Part shown: one piece after another, positions 52,621-63,455 of the stretch | Layout: each line of letters begins with the position of its first letter | How positions within the stretch are numbered: position 1 is the stretch's first letter | NCBI RefSeq assembly: GCF_004010195.1 | Contig: NC_057749.1 | Location: 10,465,409-10,529,408, forward strand | Length of the DNA stretch: 64,000 nt | Source of the DNA: Chiloscyllium plagiosum | Lineage: Eukaryota | Reading direction: 5' to 3' | Translations under genes and position numbers: made by a program | The notes under the pieces: generated by a model | Databases searched by the model: none | Told to the model about the DNA's origin: nothing | The model's input: the letters and a program-made list of their open reading frames with translations, nothing else

Positions 52621-52649
52621 GTTGTAGGCTTTGGAGGTAACTTTGCAGA

Positions 52650-55600
52650 GTTCAACTGGTATCCCTCTTGCGTCCTCTTGCACTGTGTGATGTGTGTCCC
52701 TTCTGGTCTCCCCTGGACCTTGAGTACAGTTAGGATTAAGAACAAGGAATGGACCTATCCATCTCAGAGAGAATTCCTTTCAAATGATTTATTCATAACG
52801 TAATCCCCTGGAAAGGATGCATGGGATCAGTGGTAGGAACAGGAATGGCTGCTTTGACAGTGTCATGATTCTGAATGATAATTTGAGACAGGACCTCAAT
52901 ATAATCAGAGACTCCTGTGTCAGGAGCAGAGCTACATCACGGAGGATAGGAGGCCTTGTCGCAGTAGGCATGGATCTGCCCATCAATACCTTAAAAGGAG
53001 TGAGGCCTGTTGTCTGGATGAAATATAGAACAAGGGGCAGAGCATCAGGCCTGTGCAAGCCCGTATCCTGTGATATTTTAGTAAGGACTGCTTTAAGAGT
53101 GCCATTCATCCTTTCCACCATACCAGAGAACCGTGGCTGATGAGGAATGTGATGCCTCCAGATAATCCCTGGAACCCTGCTAATAGCTTCAATGACACTA
53201 GAAGTAAAATGAGTGCCTCTATTACTGTCAATAGATCCAGGGATGACATTTTGTAGTAGACATTTAACAACTGTCCTAGCATAGTGGCTCATTGGTTAGC
53301 ACTGCAGCCTCAGTGCCAGGCACCCAGGTTTGATTCCAGCCTTGGGTGACTGTGGGGAGTTTGCACATTCTTTCAATGTCTGCGTGGGTTTCTTCTGGGT
53401 GCTCTGGTTTCCTCCCACAGTCCAAAGGTGTGCAGGTCAGTGAATTGGCTATGTTTAATAGGTGTGTTAGTCAGAGGGAAGGGACTTGTTGGGCCATAGG
53501 GCTTATTTCCACACTGTAGGGAACCTAATCTAATCCTTTTTGGTGTCAAAAGCCTCAACCCATTTGGAAAATATATCATCAATCACCAGTAGATAATGGA
53601 AACCCTGCCTTGATGGCATGTATGCAAAATCTATCTGCAGTTTCACAAAGGGGCCAGAAGGGACAGGAAGATGGTCAAACTTGGCCAGTGGCTTCAAGTT
53701 ATTGTTCTGTAGCAAATAAGACAGCGTGATAACAAAGCACAAGCAGCTGTAGTGAAACCAGGGGAATACCAAAAACGTGAGACTGCATGGCACATGCCCC
53801 GCTTACTGACATTACCCTGGCTGCTCATGGAGTTGGCAGACATGTGGATGAGACTTAGGGCAGATGTGGCCGTCAGAATGCATAAGACGACGAAGGGGAT
53901 TTAGATTCTACAGCACCTAAACGAGCCCAATGAATTCGTTCAGATTGAGGGGCTGCCTGTTGAGCAGTATGGATAACCTCTAAAAGGTCAGGAACAATGG
54001 GAAACTGGCATATCTTAGGGGAATGCAAGACCTGCATAGTTGGATTAGTGGCAGCTACCTGTGCAGCCTTATCAGCAAAAGCATTGCCACGTGTGACACT
54101 ATCCCCAGCAACCGTGTGAGCAGTGCATTTAATGACAGCTATACTCGAAGGAACGAGAATGTCTTCCAAAAGATTAATAAGCTGATCATGTTGTAATGGT
54201 TTACCTGAAGTAGTAATGAAACCCCTGTGCTTCCAGAAATGCCAAAATCATGCACCATTCCAAAAGCATAGCAGGAATCTGTATAAATGTTAACAGATGT
54301 TCCAGTAGCTAAAAATGCATGTTCGTGAGACCAAAAAGTTCAGCTGCCTGTGGAGAAGTACCATTAGGGAACCCTGCAGATTCAAGGACCTCAGAAGGCA
54401 TGCACATCGTAGGACACTGGCAGGCTATGCTATCAGAAGGCTGAAAGGAGGAACCAGTGAAAAGGACCATATCAGGATTATCCAGAGGGTTTCCGAAAGA
54501 TCAAAGCGAGGGGTAACAATATCATGGACAATGTGTAAACAATCATGGTCAGGTTTCACTGAGGTTGGTCTTAGGAAGGAGGATAGCAGGTTTCAAAGCC
54601 GGGTGCGGCACAGGGTAAGATTAGACCGGGAGAATAGAATGACCTCATAGCCCATATGCCTGGAAGCAGTAAAATGTTGGGTAGCTGCAGAGTTCAGCAG
54701 CAGGGAACCTAAATGTGGAACAAAAAAAGGTGCATGGACGATCAAGGGGTGTAGACCTTTCAACCATTACCAAGGCAGCCGCCACAGCTTGCAAAAATGC
54801 CGGCATTCCCCTTACAACAGGTGGCAACTGAACAGAGTTAAAAGCTATAGGGCACCAGAGATCCCCTTGCATTTGTGTCAGAATTCCAGAGGCATATCCC
54901 TCCCTCTCAGCAACAAAGTTGAAATGGCTGTGAGTAGTCTGGAAGACCCAAAGCAGGCACACAGTTTAGTATAGATTTCAACTATTCAAAAGCCTGTGTC
55001 ATTTCAGGGGTCCACTATAGTTTCAATGGCTACTTAGGTGAAGACGCCTCCCTCAAAAGCGCATCAATCTCACGAAAATCAAGAATCCAGTGCCTGCAGT
55101 AATTCACCATCCCCAGAAATGACATAAGTTTAGTGCATGTAGTGGGAGGAGGGAGACTTGTAATGGCATTTAGACGGTCAGGAGCGAGGGTCTTGCTACC
55201 CTATGAGATCATGAGACCCACGTAATGAATCGTGGGTTGGCAGAGCTGCATTTTAACGGAAACTTTGTGACCATCCTGTGCCAGGCACTGAAGCACGGCG
55301 ACAGTATCTTGCATACAGGCATCAGAAGAAACTGAGACAATGAGTAAATCATCGGCGTATTGAACAAGGACACTGTTGCAAGGCATGTGGAGGGTTTCGA
55401 AGGTTCGCTGAACGGCGTAAGCATGAACTGTGGGGCTCTGTATCCTTGGGGAAGCCGAGTCCATGTATATTGGCAGTGCTGAAAGTAAAGGCAAAAAAGG
55501 TACTGACTATCAGGGGACAATGAGAGAAAAAGGCTGACCAGAGGTCAACTACTAAAAAAAAAGTAGCGGAGGCAGGGACGTTAGTGAGAATAGTATTTGT

Positions 55601-56880
55601 GTCAGGCACTACAGGGGAACAAGGAACAACAAAGCGTGGACAGCACGTAGATCCTGCACGAACCTCCACCTGTCAGGTTTGCCAGGTTTCGGCACAGGTA
55701 GGATGGGGGTATTGCAGGGGCTCTGTGTAGGTACAAGGATGCACTGTTTCAGGAGGGAAGCAATAACAGGTCTGATCCCTTCGGTAGTACTGGGTGTGAG
55801 TGAATACTGATGGACCGACAGTAGGCGAGTCCCAGCCTTCAAAGTAACCGTGTGAGGAAGGGCAGAGATGACCAAACCAACACGGTTATGGAGTGTCCAT
55901 AGCGCAGGTGGCAAATCATCTAAAAGCTGCGAGCGATCGGAGGAGAACACGACCGAGGGGTCCAAAGTAATGAAGATAGTTTTAACAATAGAAGCAGGTA
56001 GGCGCAAGCAGAAACGGTCTGTATTGTGCGCAGCAACGCAGAATGATGACGAATCACTGGAGATGAGATCGAATGAACAGGGAAGTGCACGATGGCGCGC
56101 AAGCATAGAGGCTAAATCATTAAGTAGCCAGGGGCTTTTAAGGACAATGGAAATAAAAGGAGACTCCATAGACCGGAAAAAACGAGATTGGAGAATTGAA
56201 AAGGAAACATTAGTAGAAAGTCCCTGGTGTGCAATATAATAAAGGCCAGTGACGGTAATACCAGAATCTGTCTTCAGGAGAGAGTCAGCAAGTGCAGAAT
56301 ATGACAGGTCGGGAGTGCAGAGTCGGGCAGCGGTACAATGAAAAACTCTAAAGGGACGGCCTGTCAAAAGGATCCAGCACAGAAAAACATGAGGGGCCTT
56401 GCAGCTGTGTAACAAAGGAATCAAAAAGAAAAAGTGAATTGGTTCAGTGGCGCAGCGTCGGCTGTAAACGGCAGCCATTGATGGGGTTAATGGTGGGGGC
56501 TCAATCATGGCTGCACGTAGAATAGCATAGTACGACTCGGGTATCTCTAAGATAAGACCCTTAGGAGAACAATGAATGGAAGCATTCCATTTGCAGAGGT
56601 TCTCACGGCCCAGCAAGGCAACCAGACAGGAGGGTGAAATGATAGCGGAGTTGGGAACTTGATAGGTCCGACAGTAATAGGGATACTGTAAGACAGAGGC
56701 TCGATTAAAGCAATACCAGAGACACCGACACTACGGAACTGAGAAGTAGATCCGCAGAGGGAGGTGCACAAGAATGAGTGGCCCTTGAATCCATCAAAAC
56801 CGGAACGGAACGCCCTCCCATCTCCACTGCCATAATAGGATTTTCAGATGGAGTCCGGGAGAGGCGTACCGAAGCAGCCT
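52650..56880 (-). pseudogene. ERV pro-pol remnant (protease, 2H-like insert, RT, RNase H, integrase)
   Basis: VLMDSRATHS protease motif (~56775-56805); SPCNTPILPVPKPGKPDRWRFVQDLRAV; YTWTRLPQGY; QYADDLL (55348-55359); AVIKCTAH...GNAFADKAA; LQIDF...DIFSKWVEAF; IDSNRGTHFTS; SGMVERMNGTLK; frameshifts and stops present. Confidence 0.92.
53280..53535 (+). mobile_element. tRNA-derived HE1-like SINE inserted in ERV integrase
   Basis: A-box/B-box head (tggctcattgg; ggtttgattcc) and CTAAT tail; splits integrase peptide WVEAFDTKKD/ARTVVKCLL. Confidence 0.8.
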
Positions 56881-56899
56881 GCTACACCATCCCCCCCAC

Positions 56900-58400
56900 A
56901 TCAGCCCTAAGCACTAGGGGAACGGGGGTCGTCAGGTTGATGTCAGTGTTGTGGAACAAAAGTGCTCTATGGGGGCGCAAACCATCGTGCAGAATCGTGC
57001 ACATGGCAGTTACGCTCTCAGTCCCATTATTGACCACAAGGCCAACATTTGATTAATCGTTTGTAAGCGCGGGATAGACCCTGTGATTGATGGTGAATAT
57101 AATCTAATCAAGGATAAGCTTCTTTACCGCTTTTAGAGTAAAAAAAAGACTATGCCGGTCCATGTTATTGAGCATTGTGAGAGTATCCTTCCACGTGGCA
57201 ATCCGCTAAGTAAGGTTCTGGGCTTTATTAACCTGGGCATGATGATGAAGCAGGCAAGTAATAAGGGTTTGAACAGCTCTATAGGAATGCCAGCTGAACC
57301 TTCCCATATATCTCTGAAATGAGTGAGAAAGTCAGGGACAGTCTCAGTGTTTTTTTTGTGAGCAGCGAGTAACTTCATCAAAGTCAGTGTGCTGTCTGGC
57401 GGCTCATGATAGCATCCTTGACATATCTACCTAACCAATCAGAACGGTCGTCAGCCGTGTCCCACTGTTGTGAGGGTAAATCAATAGAGCCTTTAACGGT
57501 AGACCTACGGGAACCGTAATCCAGTTGCAATAAAGTCTGGACATCCTGCATGGGGCAGTCATAAATACCACAGATTTGTAAAAGCAAATTATAAAAAAGA
57601 GAACAGGTCACTTTATTGGATCTGGAGTGTCCTGTAACATGCCACAGATCTCTGCCTGGGTCCAGGGTTTGTCAAGTGGCATACAACCCATCATAATTCC
57701 AGGCAATTGTCACTTGCTGATTAGGCAAAAGTGAGGACTACAGATGCTGGAAATAAGTTTAAATCAGAGTGGTGCTGGAAAAGCACAGCGGGTCAGGCAG
57801 TAAACGTGGAGTAGGAAAATCGACGTTTCAGACAAAAACCTTCATCAGGAATAGAGACAGGAAGCCTCCAGGGTGGAGAGATAAATGGGGATGGGGATGG
57901 CTAGGAAGGTAGCAAAGGGTACAATAGTTGAATGGGGGTGGGGATGGATGTGATAGGTCAGAGGGGAGGGTGGAACGGATAGGTGGGAAGGGAGACTGAC
58001 TGCCAACCTCTGAGGGGGTGCCTCCCTCAGTCAACACGCAGCTGTTGTCGATTTAAGTGTGTACTGTAGCGGTGGCCAGGGAGAGTACAATCATGCGGCT
58101 GTTGCAGTGAAACATCAGACGTTGACATGCATGTTGTGGGACCACCCCCTTGGGGGCAGGACCCGACAGGCGGTGCGGAAGCAACGCCAGCCTGTTGCGA
58201 GTGGCAACGAACGCAACAATCTCATCCATAACGGGCTCAGGTCAGAAAGTGAAACAGGGATTTTAGGGTATTGAGGGGAATAGGGTGTGGGGAGGTGAAA
58301 CAGGCACAGCACAAGATGTGTGTTCAGAGAGCCAGTGGGGATCCTTAACTTTGGGAGGCTGGTGACCTTTAGCAACCTCTAAATTTTAAGAGGTGTGAAC
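56900..58400 (-). pseudogene. ERV gag remnant (approximate limits)
   Basis: Lies between leader and protease; capsid-like fragments (ETVPDFLTHFRDIW); degenerate zinc knuckle C-W-P-C-G-Q-*-W-D-*-E-R-N-C near 57004-57048; many stops. Confidence 0.65.
57725..57995 (-). mobile_element. Penelope pseudo-LTR fragment with hammerhead core, inserted in ERV gag
   Basis: Same aaagtgaggact(g/a)cagatgctgg terminus as the other copies; minus strand CTGATGA-AGGTTTTTGTCT-GAAACGTC at 57822-57848. Confidence 0.75.
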
Positions 58401-59348
58401 ATATAGTTATGATCCCAAGTGGAATTACCACACCCTCCCTGAATGTTAAGTAATAAATCAATCTTATCTAATTTAAATGAACCAACATAAGGCCAATTTC
58501 CATGGGGCCAACCATATAGATCAAGGCAAAAAGGATAACGTAATGACTCTCAGCCATTTCCCTCCAAACATTTCCCTCCCCTCGGGGGATACCAGCGGTT
58601 CTCCTACCTTATTCTTGTACTCCACGTATTTACCATGGTGCTGCTGTATCCTTTTTGAAGGTTCTAGGTGTTGCGGGCCCCCCATTCACAACAGAACGAG
58701 GTAACTTCATCCCTGGGGGAAGCCTGTCTCCGTCAAGCTTGGAAAGTTGCAATCCCACTGATCTATATGTTGGCTAAACAGAGCAAGCGAACAAGACAAG
58801 GCAAAGCAAAAACAAGCAAGACAAGGAGACACAACAGAGAAGCAGAGACAAACACCAGAACTCGGGATCCCAGCCAACAACTCAAGGCAAATGTCACCGA
58901 ACTAATCACAAAGTCCGGCGCGGTCTCCTTCAACCCAATCTTGCCTCAGCGTATCTTGTAGCTACAAAGGAATCCAGCTCCCTGCTCATGCTTGTTGGCT
59001 CAGAGCGAGGAATGGCTACAAACTGCCAGGGCAACTTTGGAGAAGTCTTCAAACGCAACTTTTCTTGCCGCAGCAAGTCACTAGTGCCTCAATGTTACTA
59101 TCTGATCCTTAAGAATCAAAACTAAAACTGCTAGCCTCTGTCGCCACAGCCCAATCCTACTCACTCTGGCTCATGGCTGAGGGAAACACCGCCAGCGGTG
59201 AAATCAAGTCTCCCATCTGGTCTCAAAAGAAAACCCGCTGACTCAGGGAGGTAATCTCATCTCCCGCAAACAAAACCCGCCAACTCAGGAATGTTGCACA
59301 AAATAGGGACAAACTCGAGAAAAGTCCGGGAAACCTCGTGAAATAGAG

Positions 59349-59366
59349 GTCCTGCCGGCTATGCCA
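59349..59366 (-). other. ERV primer-binding site, tRNA-Ser type
   Basis: TGGCATAGCCGGCAGGAC begins 2 nt after the LTR end; 15/18 match to TGGCGTAGTCGGCAGGAT, the complement of the tRNA-Ser 3' end. Confidence 0.8.
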
Positions 59367-59549
59367 GCTGTTGGGGATAGGATGAATTATGCAGTGGGTG
59401 ACTCACTTGTAGCAGTCCAATTTAGGGGGAAAGTAAATTGCACCACACAAACTTTGAGTTAATTACTTTTTTTTCGTGAGCTCATGGGAGAGACAAGTCA
59501 ACCGAGTGGTCACAAGTCACTCTGACGCGAAACAGAGTTGCGTGTTAAT

Positions 59550-59849
59550 TTTTTTTCTTACAGTGAAAGACACAAAGTGCACCAATCTTTATTCAATTTC
59601 CACCACCAGGAAGATTGGAAAACACCCGGGTGGCCAGTGACAAGCACTGCCCTTCACATCAAGGGACAGTGCTGTGTGATCAAAACAGTGAAGGGGAGGG
59701 TAGGGACTAAATCAAAATAGAGTTGGAGGGAGAAATGATGCACTCCACTCCCTGCGGCGCCCACCTCTCCCTGAACAACTCCAGGGTGTTGGTCGACACC
59801 GCGTGCTCCTTCTCCAAGGACACCCGGGCTCTAACGTAACCGCGGAAGA
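59550..59849 (-). mobile_element. 5'-truncated Tx1-like LINE 3' end inserted in the ERV 5' LTR
   Basis: Encodes VRARVSLEKEHAVSTNTLELFRERWAPQGVEC; AATAAA plus A-tail; 14-bp TSD AGTTGCGTGTTAAT (59536-59549 and 59850-59863). Confidence 0.85.
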
Positions 59850-60015
59850 AGTTGCGTGTTAATATAGGTTACAATCATTTAACAATTAGCAAACTGTTAA
59901 TTGCAGTATAATGAGCAAGTTAGGCACTTTGCCCAGTCAGTAGCCTCAGTCACGTAGTGTCTGGATAGTGTTGGTTAGTAGCTGATAAGCAAGTGTTAGT
60001 ATACAATAGGTTCTT

Positions 60016-60313
60016 AGGAGCACGCGGTGTCGACCAACACCCTGGAGTTGTTCAGGGAGAGGTGGGTGCCGCAGGGAGTGGAGTGCATCATTTCTCCCTC
60101 CAACTCTATTTTGATTTAGTCCCTACCCTCCCCTTCACTGTTTTGATCACACAGCACTGTCCTTTGATGTGAAGGGCAGTGTTTGTCACTGGCCACCCGG
60201 GTGTTTTCCTGTCTTCCTGGTGGTGGAATTTGAATAAAGATTCGTGCACTTTGTGTCTCTCACTGTGTCTCACACCTGCACACACACATCATGGGTGCTG
60301 GGGAAAAAATAAG
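60016..60313 (+). mobile_element. Second copy of the same Tx1-like 3' end, opposite orientation, in the ERV 5' LTR
   Basis: Near-identical reverse complement of ~59565-59810; 14-bp TSD TACAATAGGTTCTT (60002-60015 and 60314-60327). Confidence 0.85.
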
Positions 60314-60984
60314 TACAATAGGTTCTTGTAAAAGAAGAAGATTCCCAAGCTGGGAAAGAATTCATTTATCAGGTATATGGCTGCAAGGCCAACCACCTCA
60401 CTGAGCCTGGGAAAATACAAGCATAGCAAGCAGATACTAATATGAGATTCAGAATGGTTTCCAGGCTTTTAGAATGTGACAAGATGGCTGCTTCGGATCG
60501 AACAAATCTCCAACACCCACAAAATAATAAAATAGCATGTTGTGGTTCACACTATAAGATTGGCCTTTTCAATAATTCAAAATAGGACCCAAGGCATTTG
60601 TTTGCAATGTAAACCTGAAGTTGAAGTGCATCAAAGCCATACTGCTTGAAAATGAATTTATTTATGTTGAGACTAATAATTGTAATGAGAATATAATTAT
60701 GCTACAGATTCAGACAAGTCCCAAGGCTAATCTATAAGTAGCTGACATTCAACACATTGAAAGATATAATTCTAGAACTGAACAAATGAATATTGAAAAG
60801 AAGTTACAATCTCCAGTTGGATCAATAATGCAAATAATGTTGCATAATGAAAAAATCATTTTGTCATCCATCTGAATTGTATTTAAAATAGAAATTAATT
60901 GTACTGCTTCTTGAAACAATCCAATCCAGTTTGTTAAATCAGCTACTTTAAATGTATTATGTTGAGCTTTTTATTCATTTCCAG

Positions 60985-61140
60985 GGAAAAGATTGGTTAC
61001 AACAATACTGTAAACATTATTAACCCAGAGGATGCTGCAATCTTGTTTAAATCTGAAGGCATGTTTCCAGAGAGAATGAAGGTGAAGCCATGGATGGCTT
61101 ACAGAGACCATAGAAAAGAAAAATATGGTGTCCTATTGAA
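60985..61140 (+). CDS. CYP11A1: CYP11A1 exon 2
   Basis: 156 nt, ttccag| and |gtaagt; EKIGYNNTVNIINPEDAAILFKSEGMFPERMKVKPWMAYRDHRKEKYGVLLK, typical of fish CYP11A. Confidence 0.95.
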
Positions 61141-62526
61141 GTAAGTTCAAAGTTATGCCAAATTAATACCTCTAGTTTTTGGATGCAGAGATTTTGTCAT
61201 TTTAGATATATGATGTAGCACTTTGCATTTATAAAAGCAAGGATGGAAAAGTGTTTTTAAGGTGGTCTTTCAAGGAGAAGAAAGATGTTGCAAGTAGGGG
61301 GACTTGGGAGGAATTACAAGAAGAGCAAAGTAAAAGAAGCTGAAAGTGGAACAGCAAATATTGTGGTAGAGGAACATACTGCTGAATAACGTTTCAGAGT
61401 TAGAAAGATCAAGGCCAGGAAGGAATCTGTAGAAAAGGGAAAGGAATTTCAACTTGTTGCATTAACAGATTGGGAACCAGTAAATCATAACAAACCAAGG
61501 AGACTAGTATGTCAGCAATGCAATTTTCAATGAGTTGTAATTTGTGAAGGGTGGAACCCAGGATGCCAGCAAGGGAAGCATTAAAATAGAAGAACAAATT
61601 TACATTTCTGCAGCACCTTCCATGATCTCAGGACATCCCAAAGCATTTTACAGCCAGTTAAGTATTTCTGACATGTAGTTTTGGCTAGAATTGTAGGAAA
61701 CAAGGCAGCCAATTTTTGATATCATCGCCATACTTGCTTATGATATCAAGATGACAGCCTGTGAATGAGGAAGTGTGGGAAACAAATTGATAAGCAGGAA
61801 CTAGTGAAGACTTTGTTTTTCTGTCTTGACCTTTGGGTGAATGCAGTGCTGCCAAGAATACAGTTATTACTTATCTCTAATTATCCTGAGAATGTGCTGG
61901 TGGGCCACCTTGAATTGTTATAATGTAGGATTGTAGGACTGAAACCATGATAATTATGTCATTGGAGCTTATTAGGAAGAAGAGGTATTGGAAAAGGTTG
62001 AAGTTTGTAACTACATTGAAAGCCTCAGAAAAAGCAAGGAATTGACAAAGTTGAAGAGAGACTAATCTTCCATTGCAGTTGCACAAGATATCATTGGATA
62101 TTTTGATCAGATTCAAGCCAGTTTGGAGGATCCCAATGGAACAGTTTTGGGAAGATGGGATTGTAGTTTCAGAACACCAACATATTACAGAATTTTAGAG
62201 AAAAGACAAAAAGTGAGTTGGAGTCAAAAACAGAAATTGCTGGAAATGCTCAACAGGTCTGGCAGCATCTGTGAAGAGAAATCAGAGTTATCATTTCAGG
62301 TCCAGTGACCCTTCCTCAAGAGTTACTTTGGTTTTTAAGTGAGTTAGAGTAGTGTTTCAAGTTAATGGAAGTTGGAGGTATTTTGATAGAGGCTGTGAAA
62401 TTAGGTTTTTCAAAGAGATAATGAAATGCTAGAGATTAGAAATGATGATCGTTATCACAGACACTTACATAACAAGTTTTCATACCTTCTTAAAAACCTC
62501 TTTCTTGCATTGTGGCTGTTTTACAG

Positions 62527-62726
62527 AAGTGGGGAAGAATGGAGAAGAGATCGATTAGTTTTGAATAAAGCAGTGATGTCACCCCAAATTATCCAAAAGT
62601 TTGTGCCACTTCTCAATGAAGTGGTGTTGGATTTTGTGTCCACAGTTCACAAACAGATTGCGAACAGTGGGAGAGAAACTTGGACAGCCGATCTCTCAAA
62701 TGATCTCTTCAAATTCGCACTTGAAT
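62527..62726 (+). CDS. CYP11A1: CYP11A1 exon 3 (gene continues beyond window)
   Basis: 200 nt, ttacag| and |gtaagg; SGEEWRRDRLVLNKAVMSPQIIQKFVPLLNEVVLDFV...DLFKFALE; phases consistent with exon 2. Confidence 0.95.
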
Positions 62727-63024
62727 GTAAGGATCCAACATTGCTTCTTTACTTTGGTTATGCCATTACCTTATTTTACTTGCATGTTGTAGCCTTCAAA
62801 ACTATTTTAAAAAATAACTTTTTAATTATTTTGGTATGAATTGCTTTACTGCAGCTTTCAATGGGAAAAATATTTTAAGTGATAAATGAATACCTTGACT
62901 GCAAATATTCTTTGTTGTGGCGATGAAACCCTTAATACTGCAGTGCGTTATCATACATGAACAATGTGGCAGAGTGATATCATACTGATCTTTTGCTTAG
63001 CTTCGCAGTCTATTTTCTTGGAAA

Positions 63025-63455
63025 AGATTGGTCAGGTTGGACCTGTATCATTGGAGTCTAGAAGAATGAGATGTGATTTTGTTGAATCATATTAGATCCA
63101 GAAAAGACTTGACTAGGTGAATGTTGATAGGATGTTTCCCTTGTGCGATAAACTAGAACTTGTGAATCTAGTTTAGTAATAAGTGGACCTCTTACTTAAT
63201 ATGGAGATGCAGAAAACTTGTTCTCTCAGTGAGATTTTAGTCCATACAATTCTTTCCTCAGAGAATATTGTAAGGGGGGGTCATTGAATATTTTTAAGGT
63301 TGAGATTCTTAACTGACAAGGAAGTCAATGGGGATTGGGGTGGGGGAGCAAGGGGTGGTAGCAGGAAAGTGAAGTTGAGGTAAACGTCAGATCAGCTGTG
63401 ATTTTACCAAACGGCAGAGCAAACTTGAGGAGCCACTCCTGTGCCTAATTTGTAT
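63025..63455 (+). mobile_element. Old CR1 3' end in CYP11A1 intron 3
   Basis: ttggagtctagaagaatgagatgtga and aggatgtttccc, as in the other CR1 tails. Confidence 0.55.

Larger units (their letters stand above)
50589..60515 (-). mobile_element. Decayed full-length class I (gamma/epsilon-like) endogenous retrovirus in CYP11A1 intron 1, antisense to the host gene
   Basis: Paired TG...CA LTRs, 5-bp TSD CCCAC (50584-50588 and 60516-60520), PBS, PPT, and gag/pro/RT/RNaseH/IN/env motifs in retroviral order. Confidence 0.93.
59369..60515 (-). repeat. ERV 5' LTR, interrupted by two Tx1 fragments
   Basis: TGTTGG...CCAACA termini; homologous to 50589-51057; followed by the PBS on the minus strand. Confidence 0.9.

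Noticed and set aside
52450..58961. Plus-strand ORFs over the provirus as possible antisense accessory genes
   Set aside because: Short, mostly non-ATG, without recognisable motifs; best explained as shadows of minus-strand coding sequence.
45125..62726. Alternative identity as CYP11B/CYP11C
   Set aside because: REKIGY..VNIINPEDAAILFK and KYGVLLK, plus the N-terminus, match recalled fish and stingray CYP11A rather than 11-beta-hydroxylases.
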